Shown piece by piece: positions 58,820-64,000 of a DNA stretch of 64,000 nt (positions are counted from its first letter, which is position 1; each line of letters starts with the position of its first letter). This stretch comes from Chitinophagales bacterium (GTDB lineage: Bacteria > Bacteroidota > Bacteroidia > Chitinophagales > UBA8649). A program made the translations under genes and the position numbers. The stretch covers positions 7,051 to 71,050 of the forward strand of contig JASJJC010000008.1 in NCBI GenBank assembly GCA_037624485.1. Direction: 5' to 3'. The notes beneath the pieces were generated by a model. The model was not told the DNA's origin, made no database searches, and saw nothing but the letters and a program-made list of their open reading frames with translations.

Positions 58820-60067
58820 TTAAGCTGTAAACTTTCGGCCCTTGATCCACACCTCTTGAATACAGTTCTCTCCAAAACTATAGGCCAAATAATGGACCGA
58901 AGGAACAGCAGATGTTATAAAAAAATTAGCTAGTTTACCTCTTGAAATACTACCCAAAATGTCTTGAACACCCATAGCATGAGCAGCATTAATTGTGGCC
59001 GCATTGATTGCCTCTTCAGGAAGCATCTTCATTTTGATGCAAGCCAAGCTTACCAGAAAATTCATATTACCACTTGGCGTGCTCCCTGGATTATAGTCGG
59101 AAGCAATCGCTACAGGTAAATTTGCGTTGATCAAGGCACGCACTGGAGCATAAGGTATCCCTAAATAAAATGAACAAGATGGCAAAACAACAGGAATGGT
59201 ATTAGATGTTTTTAAGCTTTCAATTTCAGCGTTAGCAATTTGTTCCAAATGATCTACCGATATGGCATTGTTCTTTACACCTACTTGCACTCCTCCACTG
59301 ATGGCTAATTGATTCGCGTGAATCTTAGGACGCAATCCATATTGCAAACCTGCTTTTAAAATTTGATCTGTTTCTTCCACACTAAAAAATCCTTGCTCGC
59401 AAAACACATCAATAAACTCAGCTAAATTTTGCGCTGCAACCTCCGGAATGATTTCTTGTATAATAAGATCAATATAGCCTTGTCGATCTCCATTATACTC
59501 CTCAGGTATAGCATGCGCCGCGAGCAAATTAGCTTTTATAGGTATATCGAAATTCTCTTTAAGTCTTCGAATCACCCGCAACATTTTCAACTCACTTCCT
59601 TTGCTTAAGCCATAACCACTCTTAATCTCAATACCCCCAGTACCCAATTTAATCAACTTAATCAAGCGATCAGCAGCACACTGATATAACTCATCTTCAC
59701 TATGTTGGCGTAATTTTCTGGCGGAATTTAAGATTCCCCCACCTGCTGAGGCAATTTCCTCATAAGTTTGTCCCTTGATTTTCATGACAAACTCCTCTTC
59801 ACGGCTAGCTGCAAAAACAATATGCGTATGACAATCCACCCAAGTAGGTAAGATCATTTTTCCCTTGACGTCCACAATTTTGAAGTCTCCTGATGGACAA
59901 GTAAGCATTTCACCAAAATCTTGAATGAAATCACCCTTCAGCAGCAACCAGGCATTTTTGATAGTAGGCAAGTTTGACATCGCTGAGCCAGAAACAACTT
60001 CCTCCCCGTCCCCCCTTACCTGAACAAGTTCCTTAATATTTGTCAATAAAATTTGTTGCATATCCAT
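58820..60067 (-). CDS. hutI: Imidazolonepropionase
   Basis: DCHTHIVF, GGGIL, EIKSGYGL, KIHANQL and SDYNPGS motifs. Confidence 0.95.
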   Translation of the reverse strand: MDMQQILLTNIKELVQVRGDGEEVVSGSAMSNLPTIKNAWLLLKGDFIQDFGEMLTCPSGDFKIVDVKGKMILPTWVDCHTHIVFAASREEEFVMKIKGQTYEEIASAGGGILNSARKLRQHSEDELYQCAADRLIKLIKLGTGGIEIKSGYGLSKGSELKMLRVIRRLKENFDIPIKANLLAAHAIPEEYNGDRQGYIDLIIQEIIPEVAAQNLAEFIDVFCEQGFFSVEETDQILKAGLQYGLRPKIHANQLAISGGVQVGVKNNAISVDHLEQIANAEIESLKTSNTIPVVLPSCSFYLGIPYAPVRALINANLPVAIASDYNPGSTPSGNMNFLVSLACIKMKMLPEEAINAATINAAHAMGVQDILGSISRGKLANFFITSAVPSVHYLAYSFGENCIQEVWIKGRKFTA

Positions 60068-60904
60068 TTATTTAGATAATTCATGAAGCCTAGTCTTCTC
60101 AGCAGCGCTCAAACTTTCAACACCAAACTCATTTACCCTATCGAGCAAAGCGTTCAATTCTTTCTCTCGTTCAAACTCCTTGTTGTAGTATAAATCGTCA
60201 ATACTTCTTTTCGTTCTTTTAGGCTCATTATCATTAAAAACTGTAAACCGATTTCCCGATTGAGCACCTTTCGGTTTTATGAAAAACATGATTAATGGAA
60301 TAATTAGTAAAGCTGCTGTCAACCACCAATTTTTCATTGCCAAACTTGGTTCGAAAGCCAAAGCAAGAAGCACCCCTGCAACGGCGCCTCCAAGATGCGC
60401 CTCATGCCCAATATTATCACTTTGCTTATTCATTCCATACACGGAATACAAGAGGTATAGAATACCAAAAACCCATGTTTTTAATGGCAGGATAAAGAAC
60501 AGCAATACGTTTCCATCAGGATAAAAAAGCACGCTGGCGAAAACTACTCCACTCACTGCGCCACTGGCTCCTACTGCACTATAGTTATAGTTATGCTTAT
60601 TAAAAAATAAAGACAAGAAATTTCCAGCGAGCAAACTAACGCCATATAATATGGCAAACTGCATGGTACTAATACTATATCCCATTGCTAATCCAAAAGA
60701 ATATAGCGCGATCATATTGACCAACAAATGAGTCATATCACCATGTAAGAAGGCACTGCTAAGCATTCGAATATATTCTTTCTCTGAAAGTATATTGCCG
60801 ATGCGAAACTTGTACTTGTCAAACAGCGCACTATTGCCAAAACCTTGCCATGAAAAGAGGACATTGGCACCGATAAGTAAATAGACTAATATTTCAACAC
60901 TCAT
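60068..60904 (-). CDS. Rhomboid family intramembrane serine protease
   Basis: FLHG...HL..NM, GASGAV and AHLGGA motifs; C-terminal L..LLD.V...G..SLS..EK tail. Confidence 0.92.
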   Translation of the reverse strand: MSVEILVYLLIGANVLFSWQGFGNSALFDKYKFRIGNILSEKEYIRMLSSAFLHGDMTHLLVNMIALYSFGLAMGYSISTMQFAILYGVSLLAGNFLSLFFNKHNYNYSAVGASGAVSGVVFASVLFYPDGNVLLFFILPLKTWVFGILYLLYSVYGMNKQSDNIGHEAHLGGAVAGVLLALAFEPSLAMKNWWLTAALLIIPLIMFFIKPKGAQSGNRFTVFNDNEPKRTKRSIDDLYYNKEFEREKELNALLDRVNEFGVESLSAAEKTRLHELSK

Positions 60905-60920
60905 TAATTATAATTTATAC

Positions 60921-62165
60921 TTATTCAAAATCTGGATAAATCAAATACTTACTTCTAATTGATTTGAAAGCATTTAAATCATCTTGCCATGAAGATTTAA
61001 TCGCTTCGGCGGTTTTACCCCCTATTATGTCTTCCCGAAGTTGGGTACCTCCCGCTAGTTTATCAAAGAAACCATTTTCAAGAAAAAACTTTTCCTTTTC
61101 AGGATATAACGTATACATTCTAATAAGGTAATTCAAATTAAGTCCTTTTTGTTCCACAAAATCATTTGAAACTTGACTAATATCAAAACCTAAGCATTCT
61201 TGACCTTCAAATTTAGGGTATTTTGCTCCAGGCATACTTTTGGGAACAAAGACATAAGAAGTTGATTCAACATCCAAATTTGGTGCACCAAAAACTTGAA
61301 ACGGCTTAACTGTGCCGCGACCTTCACTGATCACTGTGCCTTCGAAAAAACACGTTGAGGGATAGGATCTAATTGCTCTGTCATTGGGTAGATTTGGAGA
61401 AGGTTTTATAGGGAGGCTATAGCTGTCTTTATGCGTGTATTGTTCACAGGAGATAACCTCCAATTCACATAAGATACTATCGCTTAACCAATGCTCGCCA
61501 TTTATCATTTGCGCATATTCGCCCACCGTCATTCCGTGTAAAATAGGAATAGGATGTTTTCCGACGAAAGAGGAGTAATTCATATCTAAGACATTGCCGT
61601 CCACAAGATCTCCATTAGGGTTTGGCCTATCCAATACGAGCACTTTCACCTCGTTTTCAGCGCATGCCTCCATCAAATAATGTAAACTCGAAATATAGGT
61701 GTAAAACCTTGCACCTACATCTTGGATGTCGAAAATAACCACATCGAGTCCGTTCAAATCTTCCGTACTTGGTTTTTTATGGCTACCATATAAGGATACA
61801 ATGGGAAGTCTTGTTTTGGCATCCACTCCATCCTTGACATGTTCTCCGGCATCCGCATCACCTCTAAATCCATGTTCAGGAGCAAATATTTTACCTATGC
61901 TAACTCCTTTTTCTAATAAGAGGTCCACCAAATGTTGGTCCCCCACCATAGATGTCTGATTGACCAGCAAGCCGACATGAACATCTTGGATCGCACTCCA
62001 ATCATCCAATAAGACTTCCGCACCCGTTCGAATAGCCCTATCTTCCATGGTGGCTATGGCAGAACTTCCATTTTTTTCAGTCGATTCTTGTGCAGAACAA
62101 GCTTGAAAGCCGAGCCCCCAGATAGATAAAATGCTGTATAAATAAATAAATTGTTTCATTCCCAT
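60921..62165 (-). CDS. Exo-beta-N-acetylmuramidase NamZ (DUF1343) family
   Basis: APEHGFRG, FDIQDVGARFYTY, DRPNP, HGMTVGE and SEGRGT motifs. Confidence 0.9.
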   Translation of the reverse strand: MGMKQFIYLYSILSIWGLGFQACSAQESTEKNGSSAIATMEDRAIRTGAEVLLDDWSAIQDVHVGLLVNQTSMVGDQHLVDLLLEKGVSIGKIFAPEHGFRGDADAGEHVKDGVDAKTRLPIVSLYGSHKKPSTEDLNGLDVVIFDIQDVGARFYTYISSLHYLMEACAENEVKVLVLDRPNPNGDLVDGNVLDMNYSSFVGKHPIPILHGMTVGEYAQMINGEHWLSDSILCELEVISCEQYTHKDSYSLPIKPSPNLPNDRAIRSYPSTCFFEGTVISEGRGTVKPFQVFGAPNLDVESTSYVFVPKSMPGAKYPKFEGQECLGFDISQVSNDFVEQKGLNLNYLIRMYTLYPEKEKFFLENGFFDKLAGGTQLREDIIGGKTAEAIKSSWQDDLNAFKSIRSKYLIYPDFE

Positions 62166-62232
62166 CTCAAAAATACTTGCTTTATGTTTCTTTTTATTAA
62201 TAAAAGCTATTAATTATGCACTTACTTAGATT

Positions 62233-63543
62233 ATGAATTTTCCACTTTTTGTTGTCAAAAAAATAGCGTTTAATCAGCATCAAGCATTTTCAAGGTTTAT
62301 TTTAAAAATCTCGATCGCGGCTGTTGCCCTGAGCATGACCGTTATGATTGTTGCTACTGCCCTTATTAGTGGGTTCCAGCAAACCATAAGCCAAAAAGTA
62401 TTTGGATTTTGGGCGCATGTAATCATTACCCCATTTAAGTCTGCAGAATCTCTAGATAAGGAAGCTGTGAGTAGGCAAAGTGAGGTCTATACGCACCCGG
62501 AGTATTTTGAAGGGGTAAGTCATGTGCAATCTGTCGCTTTAAAAGCTGGAATCATTCATACCAAAGATGATTTTGAGGGAATTATTTTAAAAGGAATCGG
62601 GGCAGATTTTAAAACGAGTCCCTTTTCAGAGTACCTGGTTGAGGGGCAGTTATTTCCGCTCAAAGAAGATCCGAGCAATAAGGGTATATTAATTTCGTCA
62701 ATCACGGCCAAACGACTTCAAGTGACAGTTGGAGATAAGTTACTTATCAGTTTTTTTGAAGATGATGCCAAGATTAGAAAACGAAGCTTCGAGGTAAGTG
62801 GAATTTACAATTCCGGCCTGGAAGAGTTTGACAAACAATATGCTTGGATAGATATTGCGGTGATTCAAGACTTGAACGGATGGACTAAGAATGAAGTGGG
62901 TGGATTTGAATTATTTGTAGAGGATAAGCATTTGTATGAAGCCAAATTGAATGTTTACGGGAAAAAGATTGCGGCGATGTTTCTTCCTACTGAAAAGGCA
63001 AGGGAAATACAAAAAGAACCATTAGACAAAATAGGAGACGATATTTTCTACAGCATAAGCAATGACCTGTATGCGCAAACCATTAAGGAATTTAAGCCCG
63101 ATATTTTCAATTGGTTAGCCTTACAAAACACCAATGAAATTGTCATTTTAGCCGTTATGCTTTTGGTAGCTGCAGTTAATATGATTACTTCCTTATTGAT
63201 TCTAATCTTAGAGCGAACAAGGATGATAGGCACCCTAAAAGCACTTGGAAGCAATAATAAGCAGCTTAGAAATATATTTGTTTGGAACGGCGTCTTTATT
63301 ATTGGACTAGGCTTAATTTTTGGTAATATTGCAGGTATAGGTTTATGTCTCCTTCAAGATGCTACCCACCTGATAAAGTTGCCGGAGGATTCCTATTACA
63401 TCAATTATGCACCGGTTAAACTCGAGTGGACCTGGTTACTTTTTCTAAACGTTTTCACCTTGACTACGGCTGCTATATTCCTCTTGCTGCCCGCTATGTT
63501 AGTCAACAAAATTGAAGCGATCAAAGCCATTCGGTTTAGCTAA
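62233..63543 (+). CDS. ABC transporter permease, LolC/E (FtsX-like) family
   Basis: N-terminal TM, periplasmic MacB-like domain, ILERTRMIGTLKALG motif. Confidence 0.88.
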   Translation: MNFPLFVVKKIAFNQHQAFSRFILKISIAAVALSMTVMIVATALISGFQQTISQKVFGFWAHVIITPFKSAESLDKEAVSRQSEVYTHPEYFEGVSHVQSVALKAGIIHTKDDFEGIILKGIGADFKTSPFSEYLVEGQLFPLKEDPSNKGILISSITAKRLQVTVGDKLLISFFEDDAKIRKRSFEVSGIYNSGLEEFDKQYAWIDIAVIQDLNGWTKNEVGGFELFVEDKHLYEAKLNVYGKKIAAMFLPTEKAREIQKEPLDKIGDDIFYSISNDLYAQTIKEFKPDIFNWLALQNTNEIVILAVMLLVAAVNMITSLLILILERTRMIGTLKALGSNNKQLRNIFVWNGVFIIGLGLIFGNIAGIGLCLLQDATHLIKLPEDSYYINYAPVKLEWTWLLFLNVFTLTTAAIFLLLPAMLVNKIEAIKAIRFS

Positions 63544-63807
63544 ACACTAAGCCATGTGGGATCAAGATTATTGACTCTTATATTATCAAAAGAGAAGCAA
63601 TAATCCTGCAAGGAAATCCAAACTCTCTTTATGAGCAACTTGACGGGCTTATTAGAGCCTAAACGAATAAAAAACTCGATCTTGGATTTAAAGCAAATGC
63701 CCAGTTTAAGCGCAAGGGAGTGCCCTTTAATGTTCCTATTAATTTTGCAGAAGAAATTTTACTGAAAGAAGAATAATTCTTCTCAAATTCATACTATCTT
63801 TGGTTAA

Positions 63808-64000
63808 ATGAGAAGCTTATTTACACTTATTTTTTTCTTTTGTCTCCTGGCTTCTTGCAAGACCGGGTCTGTAGCAGTTAATACTGGGGCAAAAGCATTT
63901 GAACAAAAAAAGTATGCACTGGCTGCCGACCTGCTTAGTAAGGAAATAGCTAATGAAGACGATTTATACAAAAAGATTGAAAAGCTTCAATTATTAGCCG
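63808..64000 (+). CDS. Lipoprotein with TPR-like N-terminus, truncated by the window edge
   Basis: Manual translation MRSLFTLIFFFCLLASCKTG...AFEQKKYALAADLL...; TATCTTTG at 63795-63802. Confidence 0.7.
   Translation, partial: MRSLFTLIFFFCLLASCKTGSVAVNTGAKAFEQKKYALAADLLSKEIANEDDLYKKIEKLQLLA

Noticed and set aside
1-64000. CRISPR array or cas locus suggested by the Cas4-like domain
   Set aside because: No regularly spaced repeat-spacer array and no cas1/cas2 seen by eye.

Overview
Chromosomal window from a Bacteroidota bacterium, inferred from TAnnTTTG -7 promoters, a T9SS cargo protein, GS type III and single-chain GlyRS. It is mostly housekeeping DNA (aroC, folB, mnmA, glyQS, pyrC, fmt, glnA, hutI, ppx) plus metal-homeostasis loci with visible Zur-like and MntR/DtxR-like operators and a light/UV-response operon with two atypical photolyases. 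Two tRNA genes act as integration hot spots, and neither has an integrase nearby. (1) tRNA-Cys (7723-7793) is followed by a 758-bp single-lipoprotein cassette bounded by a 134-bp direct repeat that starts at the anticodon loop, then a run of secreted accessory proteins. (2) tRNA-Arg(UCG) (48298-48371) is followed by a ~6-kb AT-rich islet ending at a displaced tRNA 3' fragment plus terminator (54431-54480). This islet is the best candidate for an undescribed system. It holds a divergent HTH regulator with a tandem-repeat operator and a five-gene operon: an HNH-like orphan, a putative DNA-binding/acidic two-domain protein, an NT5C-type deoxyribonucleotidase, a Cas4/RecB-like + DEDD double-nuclease (DUF2779-type) protein and a small orphan. 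I infer an anti-phage or conflict module. No database searches were run; all family calls come from motif recognition.
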